Part shown: positions 1 through 11,590 of the stretch, piece by piece
Layout: the number at the start of each line of letters is the position of its first letter
How positions within the stretch are numbered: position 1 is the stretch's first letter
Source of the DNA: Octopus sinensis
Taxonomy: Eukaryota
Direction: 5' to 3'
Length of the DNA stretch: 64,000 nt
NCBI RefSeq assembly: GCF_006345805.1
Contig: NC_043003.1
Coordinates: 90,086,001 to 90,150,000, forward strand
Made by a program: the position numbers and the translations under genes
The notes under the pieces: generated by a model
What the model was told of the DNA's origin: nothing
Database searches by the model: none
The model's input: the letters and a program-made list of their open reading frames with translations, nothing else

Positions 1-23
1 AACATCTTTTTCCTCCTTTTAAG

Positions 24-705
24 CTAGACCAAAAATCTGAGTATTGAGTGGACCCTTGTCCCAACACTTGTCTCTAAAGGAAGGTATATTGCCTCCCATC
101 CATTGTTTTCAAAGGGTTTAACCAACTCACTATATTTTCTGTATTTCTTGAGGAAAGCATCTTTGATGTTTGCTTCCCAGGGAATTGTCAGCTCTAATAT
201 CTTTACCAACTTCCTTTCCTTGCACCACATGACAAGGTTGGGTCTTTTAGTGGCAAAATGTGGGAAGCAATAGTTACCATCAACGTCAACAGAGACTTCC
301 CAAGTCCCCCACCCCATTTTGGATAATTTTTCTTCCTTACAGTGGCTGGCATATAATGTTCACCTTCTCTGCAAAACTATCGTCCCAAGCTCCACTACTT
401 TCACCATTGCTTATTTGCTTTACTCTCTCCACCACTGCAACAGCTAATATTCTGAGTACTTGGTTATGCTGCCATGTGTATCTGTGCTCCAAATCTAATG
501 GGCAATTGCAGAGTATTTGTCTCATTGTTCTGACCTTTCCACAGACCACACACATCTTTCTTCAAATGCTTTAGGTTTTACAAAGATTAGGCAGCATGTA
601 GACAGAATGGTCTCCATGACCAAAGTTCTTTCCAGCCTACCTTTCACCCAACCACAAACTCCTCCCAAGAGGTACACTGTCCCTGTTGGCTACACTGTAT
701 GAACT
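24..705 (-). mobile_element. Degenerate 3' part of a restriction-like-endonuclease non-LTR retrotransposon (HERO/NeSL/R2-like)
   Basis: Broken minus-strand frames give a CCHC-type finger (CVVCG..T.RQILCNCP..LEHRYTWQHNQVLRILA) followed by an RLE-like block (RPNLVMW...ILELTIPWEANI..A..KK..KYSEL...GW...PLE). Confidence 0.7.
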
Positions 706-1173
706 CCATATAGTGGCTTTTCACCTTTCCTTTCTTTATTTGGTTGGCTACTGTAGTTTTTCTCTCCTTCTACTTATATCACATAACTCATCATCACTTA
801 ACACCTATTGTCATGGATTGGACATTTTGATCAGAGTTGGCAAGCAAGAGAGCTACATCAAGCTCCAGTCTGATTTGGCATGATCTCTATGTCTGGATGC
901 CCTTCCTAACACCAACCACTTTGCAGAGTGTGCTGAGTGCTTTTATGTGGCACCAGCACATGACTCTTGCAGGTCAGTCTTTTCCAACAGGGGGACCAGG
1001 CTTAACACTTCTGCTGTGGAGTGCAGGTATTCTTGTAATATAAACATATAACTATATATATCTATATATGGTTTCCTCAAAAGCAGACACACACACACAC
1101 ACAGTTGAACACATGCAGTTAATAGTCAATAGCCCTATTGTACATGCTATGAAATGGAACAGAACCAACTTAC

Positions 1174-1258
1174 CGCAGCTGAGCATGAATTAAAGGATTG
1201 TTGTTCAGTTTCAAAGTTTGTAAACTTGTTAGGCGTCGTATCTGGGGTGGAAGAGTCT
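1174..1258 (-). CDS. FLII: Flightless-I coding exon 6 (LRR): (E)[27 protein letters not shown](R)
   Basis: 85 nt, bounded by gcag and gtaagt, phase-compatible with exon 5. Matches the FLII LRR segment ESLPPQMRRL..LQTL.L..NPL.HAQLR. Confidence 0.95.
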
Positions 1259-1380
1259 CTGCAATTAGAGAGTTAGAACACTTTTTTTTTTAACTGAAAC
1301 AAAATTTCTTCTTTTTTTTTAAGCAATTGTCAGAATGAGGATATTTTCTCAAAACAGTAAACAGACATTTAGGTCTAAGA

Positions 1381-2410
1381 GATCATCATCATCATTTAAT
1401 GTCCATCGTCCATGCTGGCATGGGTTGGATGGTTTGACCAGTGCTGGCAAGCTGGAAGGCTTCACCAGACTCCAGTCTGATTTGGCTTGGTTTCTTTGGC
1501 TGGATGCCCTTCCTAACACCAACCACTCCAAGAGTGTAATAGGTGCTTTTACATGCCACCAGCACAGGTGCCATTTGTGTGACAGCAGTATCTGCCACAA
1601 CTGTGATTTTACTTAGTTTGATGGGTCTTCTCAAGCATGACATAATCCAAAGGTCTCAGTCATTGCCTCCATGAAGCACAATACTTGAAAGGAGTTTTTC
1701 ATGTGTCACTAGCATCAGCCAATTTACCTCTGTGAGGCCTAATGTTCAAAAGGTGCTTTTTACATGCCACCAACATGGGTGCCAGTTACATGACACTAAC
1801 ATCAGCCATGACTACAATTTCACTTGGATCGACAGGTCTTCTCAAGCACAGCATATTGTCAAAGGTCTCTGTCACCAGTCATTGCCTCTGTGAGTCCCAA
1901 ACTTCAAAAATTATGCTTCACCACCTCGTCCCATGTACTCCTGGGTCTACCTCTACCACAGGTACCTTCTACAGTTAGAGATCCACACTTCTTTACACAA
2001 CTGTCCTCGTCCATACACATCACATGACCATACCAGCACAGTCATCTCTCTTGCACACCACATCTGAAGCCTCTTATGCCTAACTTTTCTCTCAAGATGC
2101 TTACACTCTGTCAAACATGTACACTGACATTGCACATCCAGTGAAGCATGCTGGCTTAATTTCTTTTAAGCCTATGCATGTCCTTGGCTGTCACTGACCA
2201 TGTTTCACTGCCATGTAGCATAGCTGTTCATACACAGGCATCATACAATCTGCCTTTCACTCTGAGGAAGAGGCCCTTTGTTGTCAGCAGAGGTAGGAGC
2301 TCTCTCAACTTTGCCCAGCCTAATCTTATTCTCACAGCTACTCTCTCAAAGCACCCAACTCGGCTACTAACATGATTACCTAGATAACAAAAGCTATCAA
2401 CTGCCTCTAC
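1381..2410 (-). mobile_element. RTE-clade LINE 3' fragment with (GAT)n tail
   Basis: Reverse complement of the RTE C-terminus and 3' UTR seen on the + strand at 16.2-17.2 kb and 51-52 kb. ATCATCATC tail at 1381. Confidence 0.8.
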
Positions 2411-2867
2411 TTTATCCCCCTGGCAGTTGATGGAATCTATTTTCTGTACATTTTCAGATATTTATAAAACACTTAAGTACTTTTTGAGATAATCAATAGT
2501 TCATCAAAGGAATATCAATATCAAAAAGAACATATAAATATATGTTCAGCATGTCAAATACACATCTGTGTTTAAAATATAAGTTATCATTTTAACACCC
2601 ACTTTATCATGGTTGCATGGGTCAGATGTAATTTTTTGACAGATTTCCTCCAGCTGGATATCCTTCTTGTCACTAACACTTACCTGTTTCCAAGCAAGGT
2701 AATATTTCCCTGTGGCCACATGTATTTTTAGGAAAGATTGGAAACAACAGTTTGTATGACAGTGATGCTTGCTTACAATTGTTGCATGATGCAGAGGACG
2801 TGAGCACACACACAAACTCATATCTATCTCATCATCACTTTCATTAACTTAAAAACTTAATACATAC

Positions 2868-2944
2868 CTAAATTATTGTTACTGAGATCCAAGTAAATAA
2901 GTTCAATCAAATTAACAAATAGAAGATTTGGTATGTTCTCAATT
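2868..2944 (-). CDS. FLII: Flightless-I coding exon 5: (E)IENIPNLLFVNLIELIYLDLSNNNL(E)
   Basis: 77 nt, bounded by ttccag and gtatgt, phases 2 and 1 fit the neighbouring exons. LRR match to FLII [21 protein letters not shown]. Confidence 0.95.
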
Positions 2945-3225
2945 CTGGAAGATAATATAGAGACTGGTGAGTTTCTTCTTTATAATGATATTTAATTACA
3001 CTTATACTATGGAAATATTAGTTCAAAATGAGAATAACAACACAGCAAGAAAGGCAAGGATAAGATGTATGAGATTGTATATGCATAATCCATATAAAAA
3101 GATATGATTTATGCAAATATATTATGTGAATGGTTGTTAGAAGGTTATGTAATTATTTTCAAACTCAAAACATACATGATTACATAAAGAGATCACTTAA
3201 ACCGTTTCAATACAAATATACTTAC

Positions 3226-3311
3226 TCATTATGGCTAAGATTCAAAACTAATAAACCTTTAACATTTTGCAACTGTTCTGGAACTTCCACTAAATTATTA
3301 TGGCTCAGATC
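3226..3311 (-). CDS. FLII: Flightless-I coding exon 4: DLSHNNLVEVPEQLQNVKGLLVLNLSHN
   Basis: 86 nt, bounded by cttatag and gtaagt. LRR match to FLII DLSHNQL.E.P.ELE..K..LVLNLSHN. Confidence 0.95.
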
Positions 3312-3581
3312 CTATAAGAGAAAAAAATAAATAATATAATACACACACATGCATACAGCAAAAACACCACAACATATAAATTCCTTGGACAAGTTTTGCT
3401 CTTAATGGAACAAAATTCTCATTGGATGACAACTTCAAAACAATGAGAATACAAAAGGTTCACAACAAAAAATATATAACAAACATTCCATCTTCAGCTG
3501 CCTAAATGGATATCAGTATGGTTTCAACACAAAACATTGGAATAACATTGTCCTTCTCCTCTAAGCTAAAGCCACTCAACC

Positions 3582-3620
<39 letters not shown>

Positions 3621-4238
3621 TATATATGTGTGTGTGTGTGTGTCTTTCTTTGTCCCCACCACTTACTGCTCAACAACCAGTGTCGGTGTGTGTATGTGCC
3701 CATAACTTAGCGATTCAGCAAAAGTGGCTATTAAAATAAGTACTAAGCTCAAGAAATAAGTCCTAGGGTCGATTTTTTTTTTACTAAAAAATCCCTTCAA
3801 GGTGGTGCTCCAGCATAGCCACAGTCAAATGACTAAAAGAATAAAATATAAATGCTGGATGTTGTTTTGTTTTGCACTAAATCAGTTCTAATCAAGCAGG
3901 CTTACTGCATTCATCCATGACCATCTGAGTCTTGTATACCAAGGATTGTATTGTCCAATGTGTTATTCCTTTATAAAGACAGTAGGATGTAATTTGAAGA
4001 AATTTAGTTGCTATTTCTAGCATGTTGAACAACTATCCAGTGACTTATCCTGCAGCTTTTATGCTAACTCTCCCTCTAGCTCTCATTTACTCTCTTTATA
4101 CAATGTAAAGTGTGACTGGAAAAACCAATCAGCCAACATTTATATTGGCTATTATTATAGTGAGATAATTTGCAGTATATTTTTTTGTGTAATTATATAC
4201 ATGCACATATAAAATCAAAAACTACACTCGATACTTAC

Positions 4239-4391
4239 CACAACTGTTAGTTCCTGAGAGCTAAAAACGGAGTCAGGAATACCACTGTCCGAAAGTTTGT
4301 TGTGATGAAAGACAAGGGAGCGCAAAGACTTTAACTCACCAAGCTTAAGACTTAGTTCATTGATTTGGTTCCTACATACAGATAAATGTTC
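4239..4391 (-). CDS. FLII: Flightless-I coding exon 3: EHLSVCRNQINELSLKLGELKSLRSLVFHHNKLSDSGIPDSVFSSQELTVV
   Basis: 153 nt, bounded by ctttag and gtaagt, phase 0/0. Matches FLII EHLSV..N.L..L.GEL..L.SLR......N.LK.SG.P. Confidence 0.95.
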
Positions 4392-4508
4392 CTAAAGAAA
4401 TATAAATGCAACTTCATTGAAATATTTCAATACAGATTTTAAAATATTACTATAAATGCAAAGAGATAAATGAAAAACTTTAAAATATAGAAAGATTTTG
4501 ACACATAC

Positions 4509-4619
4509 CAATTTTTTCAAATTATTAATTTCTTCTGGGACTTCAGTTAAACTGGTTCTGTTGAGACGAAGCCATCTCAAACCAGCCATATCCGCCACTT
4601 GAGAAGGGAAGGAACCACA
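4509..4619 (-). CDS. FLII: Flightless-I coding exon 2: CGSFPSQVADMAGLRWLRLNRTSLTEVPEEINNLKKL
   Basis: 111 nt, bounded by ttgcag and gtatgt. Matches FLII G.FP..V..M..LRWL.LNRT.L...PEEL..L.KL. Confidence 0.95.
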
Positions 4620-4693
4620 CTGCAAAAAGAAATAATTGAACTTCAAAATACAAATTTTTGAAAACTGAAAAACCAAATGTGAAATGACATTGG

Positions 4694-4915
4694 TTAACCC
4701 TTTTGATGCCAAATTTTCTGAGATCACCCACAATTCCATGATGCAAGCTTTTGTTTAAGTGATGTAAATACAAACTTTCCCCTCAAAATTTCATGTGAAT
4801 TCATGTTCCAAATACCAGCTTAATAAAACTAAAATATTTTATTAAGTTCTTCATGATTTTCAAAATTAATTGAAACAAAAGCAGTGTATTTCAACAGAAA
4901 TGTTAAAAGGTTTAA
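4694..4915. mobile_element. TTAA-flanked MITE (piggyBac-type ends), family 1
   Basis: Begins TTAACCCTTTT and ends AAAAGGTTTAA. Related copies near 27.5, 45.2-45.4, 60.4 and 61.2-61.4 kb. Confidence 0.7.
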
Positions 4916-4967
4916 CTCTTAGCATTCAGATTATTCAATCAAATCTAACACTTATTTATCCACATTG

Positions 4968-5700
4968 CCGGTGATACGTAAAAGCACCATTCGCTCATGG
5001 CCGTTTGCCAGCTCTGCCTGGCCCCGTGTCGGTGGCACGTAAAAGCACCATCCGTTCGTGTTCGTTGCCAGCCTCGCCTGGCCCCGTGCCGGTGACACGT
5101 AAAAGCACCGTCCGTTCGTGGCCGTTGGCCAGCTCTGTCTGGCCCCGTGTCGGTGGCACGTAAAAGCACCATCCGTTCGTGGCCGTTTGCCAGCTCTGTC
5201 TGGCCCCGTGTCGGTGGCACGTAAAAGCACCATCCGTCCGTGTCCGTTGCCAGCCTCGGCTGGCCCCCGTGCCGGTGACACGTAAAAGCACCATCCATTC
5301 GTGGCCGTTTGCCAGCTCTGTCTGGCCCCGTGTCGGTGGCACGTAAAAGCACCATCCGTCCGTGTCCGTTGCCAGCCTCGGCTGGCCCCCGTGCGGTGAC
5401 ACGTAAAAGCACCGTCCGCTCGTGGCCGTTGCCAGCTGTCTGGCAACCGTGTCGGTGGCACGTAAAAGCACCATCCGTTCGCGTCCGTTGCCAGCCTCGG
5501 CTGGCCCCCGTGCCGGTGACACGTAAAAGCACCGTCCGTTCGTGGCCGGTTGCCAGCTCTGTCTGGCCCCGTGTCGGTGGCACGTAAAAGCACCATCCGT
5601 TCGTGTCCGTTGCCAGCATCGCCTGGCCCCGTGCCGGTGACACGTAAAAGCACCATCCGTTCGTGGCCGTTCGCCAGCTCTGTCTGGCACCTGTGCAGGT
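4968..5700. repeat. GC-rich minisatellite, 12 units of about 60-61 bp, mostly alternating two variants
   Basis: Core GGTG(A/G)CACGTAAAAGCACC recurs about every 60 nt, followed alternately by GCCAGCTCTGTCTGGC or GCCAGCCTCG(C/G)CTGGC. Confidence 0.95.
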
Positions 5701-5878
5701 GGCACGTAAAAAACACCCACTACACTCGTGGAGTGGTTGGCGTTAGGAAGGGCATCCAGCCGTAGAAACACTGCCAGATCTGACTGGGCCTGACGAAGCC
5801 TTCCAGCTTCACAGACCCCAGTTGACCCGTCCAACCCATGCTAGCATGGAAAACGGACGTTAAACGATGATGATGATG
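4968..5878 (+). mobile_element. 5'-truncated RTE 3' UTR copy carrying an expanded minisatellite
   Basis: Ends in the RTE tail (...GCTAGCATGGAAAACGGACGTTAAACGATGATGATGATG). Flanked by ATTG at 4964-4967 and 5879-5882. Confidence 0.8.
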
Positions 5879-6522
5879 ATTGTTTTGAATTTATCCAGTA
5901 TTACTTTGTAGCTTTTGAGATTTTGATTGTGTGACTGCATATTTTTTTAGACTAACATTCTGGGGAAGGTGTGAGAGGTTGGATCTGGCCAGTTTGAAAA
6001 TAAAATAGGAACAATATCTTGGCCAGATACAGCTGCTTTAAATTCTAAAGGGTTAAAGTCACAGTGGATTAAGTGTTCATTTAATTATTTCAACTTGTCT
6101 ACTTTACATAAAGTGAATTTACATTGAAAATCGGCATCTTCATAAAATAATATATATTTATTTAGCAGTAGTGGGACTAAAAATGATATTAAAATTTGAA
6201 GAATAAAAACATTTTTTTAAAAATCACTATTTTCCATGAATATATTTTAGTTATAACTAAAATATCATCATGTTAAAGTCCACTTTTCCATACTTGCATG
6301 GGTTGGACAGAATTAGCTGTGGCAGGTTCTGTATGGCTCAATGCCCTTCCTGTCACCAAACCGCACCTGATTCCAAGTGAGGTAATACTTCCTGGCTTCC
6401 CAGTGGCCAAACATGTTTCCATGGAAAATTGGAAAGGAATGACAACTGCACATGTGATAATGATGGTCATTTACAACTATCATGTGATGTCAAGACAAGA
6501 AGACATTAACTCACATGCACAA

Positions 6523-6561
<39 letters not shown>

Positions 6562-8312
6562 TATGACAGGCCTTTTTCAGCATCTGCCTACCAAATCCCC
6601 TCACCCTGGTTGGTTTTGGACAGAGTCGATACAATAAGGTACCAGTCAAGTACAGGGGTTAATGCAATCAACTATCTCCCTCCCACAAAATTTCAGGCCT
6701 TGCACTTAAAATAGAAAGAATTATAGTTCTCATTTTCACTGATTTGATGAATAAGTTTTCTACTTTGCTGAGTGGCATCAGAGAAATTCTATGAATATAT
6801 ATGCTTACATTGAATTCAAGGGCCAAAATAACAACCATTTTCCTGATATATAGAAAATTATAAAATGAAATGATGTAATTTTCATCATCACCATCAACAT
6901 TACCTTCATGATCATCAATCCTTTTCACATCAGTTAATACAAGAATGTATGTCTGATATGATTTAAAATGGGATATTATTTCTATTGATATAAGTGAAGT
7001 AAATACAGTTGATAATTGTTATCTGAAATTTTAAAATTTGAAAGCATCCAAAATTTTTGGGGGAATGAGAGAAGTACTCTTGCCATTACTATTTTAACAT
7101 CTACTTTTCCATGCTAGTAAGGATCAAAGCAAGTTGTCAATGCAGATTTTCCATGACCAGATGTTCTTGTTGCCAACTTTCAACCAAGGTAATTATAGCT
7201 GGATATGTTTTCACAGATGGGAAAAAAAGAGAACTGCCTGTATAATGGTGATGCTCATTTATGAATATCCCATGCTATCAAAACAAGAAGACAAACACAC
7301 TCATACAGTATATATATATATATCACTTGTAAGAGAAAAGAAAAGGGAGAAATTTATTTGAACAAATTCCATTCAGCATAACATCAAATTCTTTACATCT
7401 ACAGTTTTTCTTTTTCTCTTACAAGAATATTCATATACACATATCCATCAATGTGAAACTAAATCTTTGGATTTCACTGAAGCACTGGATAGTAACATCC
7501 CTTTAAGAGGATTTAATATCCTCAATGTAATTATATATATATATATATAATAAATATACAATAAGCTTCTTTCAGTTTCTGTCTACCAAAATACTCACAA
7601 GGTTTTGGTTGATCCAAGGCTATCATAGATGTTTACCAAAGGTGCTATGCAGTGGGAATCAGCCTGAAACCATATGCAGAGTCTTCAAGACTAGCAGGAA
7701 CTAGGAGAAAGAAACCATGACTCACGAGTTGCTACAATAAGTTATTCTCAGGCCAGAGATCTAATCTAAATGTTTGTAACAGAGTAGTCTCTACCAAAGG
7801 AATCCAAAGAGCCTAGGGTGATGGTGTCCAAATGCTCAATGAGTTACATTTACCATTTTCACTAACAGGGAGTTTGGTTTAACTTAATACTATGTTTGAA
7901 GACATGTCCAAAATACTGCACATAGTGGACTTACATCTGGAACCACAATGAGCTTCTTAAACTAGGCAGCTATGTCTGCTGCTCCTAACTATCAATGCAT
8001 GCATTAAAAATTGTAACAATATGTTATGGTGGAGTTCATGCTTTCCTATGAAACAATTTTGTTTTTTTGTAGAAACTTGTTTTATGAAGTAGCAGGCTCT
8101 TCTTTAACAGGCAAGTATACATTTTTATTTCCTGAGAGAGAGAGAGTGAGAGAAAGAGAGAGAATGTGTGTGCATGCGTGCGTGCATGCATGACAGGTTT
8201 ATGGTTTACACTTCAAATTATATTGTGTAATACTTTTATTATCACACCCGGTTTCAAAGGATTGTGTGCATTTTCTGGGTTAGCAACAGGAAGGTCGTCT
8301 GGTTGGAGAAAA

Positions 8313-8585
8313 GGGTTAGTAGTGGATAAGAGCACAAGCTACTAACCCTCGGGTTCTAAGTTCAATCCAAGGCAGGGACTTGAAATATAATATCAACAGA
8401 AAAATAACATCAGCGACATACCTTAGGTATGAGAACACTGTACCCCATTAGTCAAATAAAGGGTTGGGTTTGAAATTCCACCAGAACACCTGATGAAGGC
8501 TGGAGAGTGCATCAGCCGAAATGTTGTGTTAATAACAAACAAGGTGAGGACACCTATCCGTACATTGTAAATAATGTACATAATC
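8313..8585 (+). mobile_element. tRNA-headed SINE-like element with a hammerhead-containing tail
   Basis: A-box-like TAGTAGTGGATAAG, B-box GTTCAATCC at 8360-8368, and a hammerhead core at 8485-8530. Confidence 0.6.
8485..8530 (+). ncRNA. Minimal type I hammerhead ribozyme motif (Penelope/dimeric type)
   Basis: Stem I AACAC/GTGTT, core CTGATGA plus one extra A, stem II GGCTG/CAGCC, GAAA, loop-less stem III, predicted cleavage triplet GUU. Confidence 0.6.
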
Positions 8586-8879
8586 CTCATCCCCACAAAA
8601 ATAGAGAAATATATAATGTATATGACCATCTTAACATCCACTATTCCATGCTCACATGGGTTGGACAGAATTTGGTGTGGCAGATTTTTTACAGCTGGAT
8701 GCTTTTCCTGTTGCCAGCCCACACCTGTTTCCAAATAAGGTAATATTTCCCCAAAACCAGACATGTTTTCACAGAAGACTGTAAATGAACATCACCACTT
8801 GCATGAAGGTGACACATTTTACAAACTATCATGCAAAGTTGAGGTAAATAGACTGTAACACCTACACACATATGTATAT

Positions 8880-9050
8880 ATACAATGAGCCTCTTTCAGT
8901 TTCCATCTGCCAAATCCACTCACAAGGCTTTGGTTGGCCCAAAGCTATAGCAGAAGTCATTTATGCAAGGTGCCGCACAATGAGTGAAACCAAATCCAAA
9001 ACCATGTGGTTGGGAAGAAAGCTTCTTGCTATACAGCTATGCTTGCATCT
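8880..9050 (-). mobile_element. Representative copy of an abundant SINE (other copies near 7.6, 11.7, 19.1, 37.4, 38.9, 39.9, 43.2, 56.1, 57.0 kb)
   Basis: Shared CAAAGCCTTGTGAGTGGATTTGG...GGAAACTGAAAGAAGCCC block. Confidence 0.7.
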
Positions 9051-10389
9051 ACTTTTTATTTAAATTATTTAAAGGTCACTGGATATTTATTAACAAAATC
9101 AATTTGAGCAACCAACTACAAGTACAAAAAAATAAATAAACAAAAAAAAAACCCCAGAAGATGCTTAAAGCTCCTTCTTTACTGATATCATTGCCAGGAC
9201 TGACTGCTTTCATCTTCTAGGTTTCAATAAAATATAAACTAGCCATTAAACAAGATTAATTCAATTGACTATAAACTTCCTCAATGATTTGCGGGTTTTG
9301 TACTAAGGTAGGGATAAGTGTCAGAGGTTAGATGGTAAGAGTAATGAGATGGGTTGTGTAGGGAGGAGGAGTCTAAGCTTATCCTATGTTATAAGGGTGA
9401 GTGCAATGGAACTTTGGCTTATGAGTTAAATTTGTTCTCAAAGGCTATTTGTCATCTAAACTGTTCATAAACTGAAACTATGTTTCCTATAGGAAATTCA
9501 AGAGAAGGCATGGAGAATTCTGACAGGGGCATGCAGTGAGTGAAAGCTAAACACTGACATTCTCCTGGTGATATTGCCAGCTTGTTGCCAACCATAGTTG
9601 CCACCTTGCATGGTCATTACTTGAGACACCATTCATCACCCAGGATGTTTTATGTTAAAAAAACTGTAAATTGATTTGCTAGTGATGTGAGGTGTTCACA
9701 AAACTGAGGTCCCACAGTAAAGGTGGCAGGCATGAAGGCAAAAGGGAACATGGAAAAGAGAAAATAGACAAGGTGGTGATGATCCAGAGAGAGCCAATGA
9801 AAGCAAGGGATGGGCCTCATGCTGGGTAGACCAAAGTGACAAGATGGTATTAAGATAGAAGAGAAGCTTTGGAGAGGGGAACGGTGAGAGAAGTTGCAAA
9901 GCATCACATGTAGTAAGACAAGAGATATGGATAGTGATAGGATAATGATTGTGGGGGAGTGATGAGGATGAGAGATATGAACAATAGAGAGATGACTGAA
10001 GTGGGGGTAGAGGGATGGAAGAGGGAAGGTGGGTATCTATAGAATAATGATAGTGGACAGTCTCTCATACATAAGCCTAGCAAAAAATGGGGAGAGGTAG
10101 TGACAGAGTGGTATAGGGGCTAGCAATTTATAGTTTGTAAGCTTCACAAATGGTGGGGAGATAAGAGATGGTGGGTATGAGTGATAGAGGGATGAGAAGA
10201 TTGAAGTGAATAGGGAGGTGTGTGAAAAAAGGAAGGTGGTCAACAGGTAGAGGAGAGGGGTATAAATGATGGTAGTAAATATAGGGTGGGCAAGCTAATG
10301 ATGTATATATCCACACACATATAAACATATATATATACATGCATATACACACATACATGTAAGTATGTACACATAGATATCCCAACTTT

Positions 10390-11590
10390 TATCATTATCA
10401 TCATTTCAATGCACATTTCATCATGGTTGGTTGGATTTTCTGCAGCACTACTTATCTACTTATTGTCAATTAATACTGTCCTTTGTCAGCCCCGCCCTCC
10501 GTGAGATGCATCATCTTTGGGTCACCATTTATCACTTCATTCCATGTCTTCCTTGGTCTCCCTCTTCCATAGCTTACACTAACATGGAGCATATGGCACT
10601 TCCTTATGCAGCAGTCATCCTCCATACACACATCATATGACCATACCAACAGTCTTCTCTCTTGCACACTATACCCATTCTCCTTATACTCAATTTTTCT
10701 CACAGCTCATAATGCACACTGACATTATGCATCTATCAGTGCATGCTAGCTTCTTTGTCTTTGCAGGTCTTCTGTATTCAAAGCCCACATCTCACTACCA
10801 TACAGGAGTTCGAACACATGGATCATACAATCTGCCCTTTACTCTGGAGGAGAAAGCCTTTGTCACCAGCAGAGGTAATAACTCCCTGAACTTTTTCAGC
10901 TAATTCTTCCCTACAGTACTTTAAGAGCGACCACATTCACTGCTAATTATGTCACCTAGATGCCTGGCATTTAAGAGAATCAATTTCTAGCATGCACTTA
11001 ATGCTTATTGCTCCAGTGCATCTGTCACATTCAAAGTCTGCTTTCTTTGCTAACCTGCCTGTAATTCCATATCTCTTGTGCACCCATAGCTTACACTGAG
11101 TATAACATAGGGAGTTGCTCCTTTTCTGCATATCATGCAAGGCTGTTTCCTTGAGGGTGCAAGGAACCTATCTAAGCTAAGTTTATTTTGAGGTCTCTTC
11201 TTGCTATGTATTATTTGGAATTTCTTCAAATTCCTCTATACAGTCTTCCATAAAAGCATATAGAAGTCCCCACAGACATCCAGTTTTTAACTCTTTTGTT
11301 GGTGGCATACAGAAACATGATGAAAAGAAGGCGATTGAGGATTGAGCTATGAAGGACATTCAAATTTATTACTGAACTCATTACTGACTCTTACTTTACA
11401 AACTACATCTTTATACCAGCTTGCACAATCCTCGCATACCATTCATCTATGTCTAGTCTTTTTAGACATCACTAAATTACCAAGTATGGCACTTTGTCAA
11501 AGGCCTTCTGCAAGTCAATGAATGCTAGATATAATAGCTTGTTCTCAGCTAAGTACTTTCCCTGCAGTTGCCTAACTAGAAAGATGGTAT
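10390..11590 (-). mobile_element. Older RTE-clade LINE remnant (RT fragment and C-terminus)
   Basis: Minus frames read PGRGTTDTIFLVRQLQGKYLAENKLLYLAFIDLQKAFDKVP, CTQCKLWVHKR and YGRGRPRKTWNEV, with stops. Confidence 0.75.

Larger units (their letters stand above)
4912..6056. mobile_element. TTAA-flanked MITE, family 2, split by an RTE-tail insertion at 4968-5878
   Basis: Ends TTAACTCTTAGCATT and ATTCTAAAGGGTTAA. Removing 4968-5878 restores continuity with the related copies at 27644 and 31335-31557. Confidence 0.7.

Noticed and set aside
4968-5700. CRISPR-like regular repeat spacing
   Set aside because: The sequence between the conserved cores is itself repeated rather than unique, and the context is a eukaryotic intron.
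4945-5834. Three long overlapping minus-strand ORFs (232-279 aa) and two + strand ORFs
   Set aside because: They are translations of a stop-poor minisatellite within an RTE tail, and the peptides are simply repetitive.
9200-10330. Purine-rich stretch vaguely resembling a Penelope remnant
   Set aside because: No RT or GIY-YIG motif could be read with confidence.
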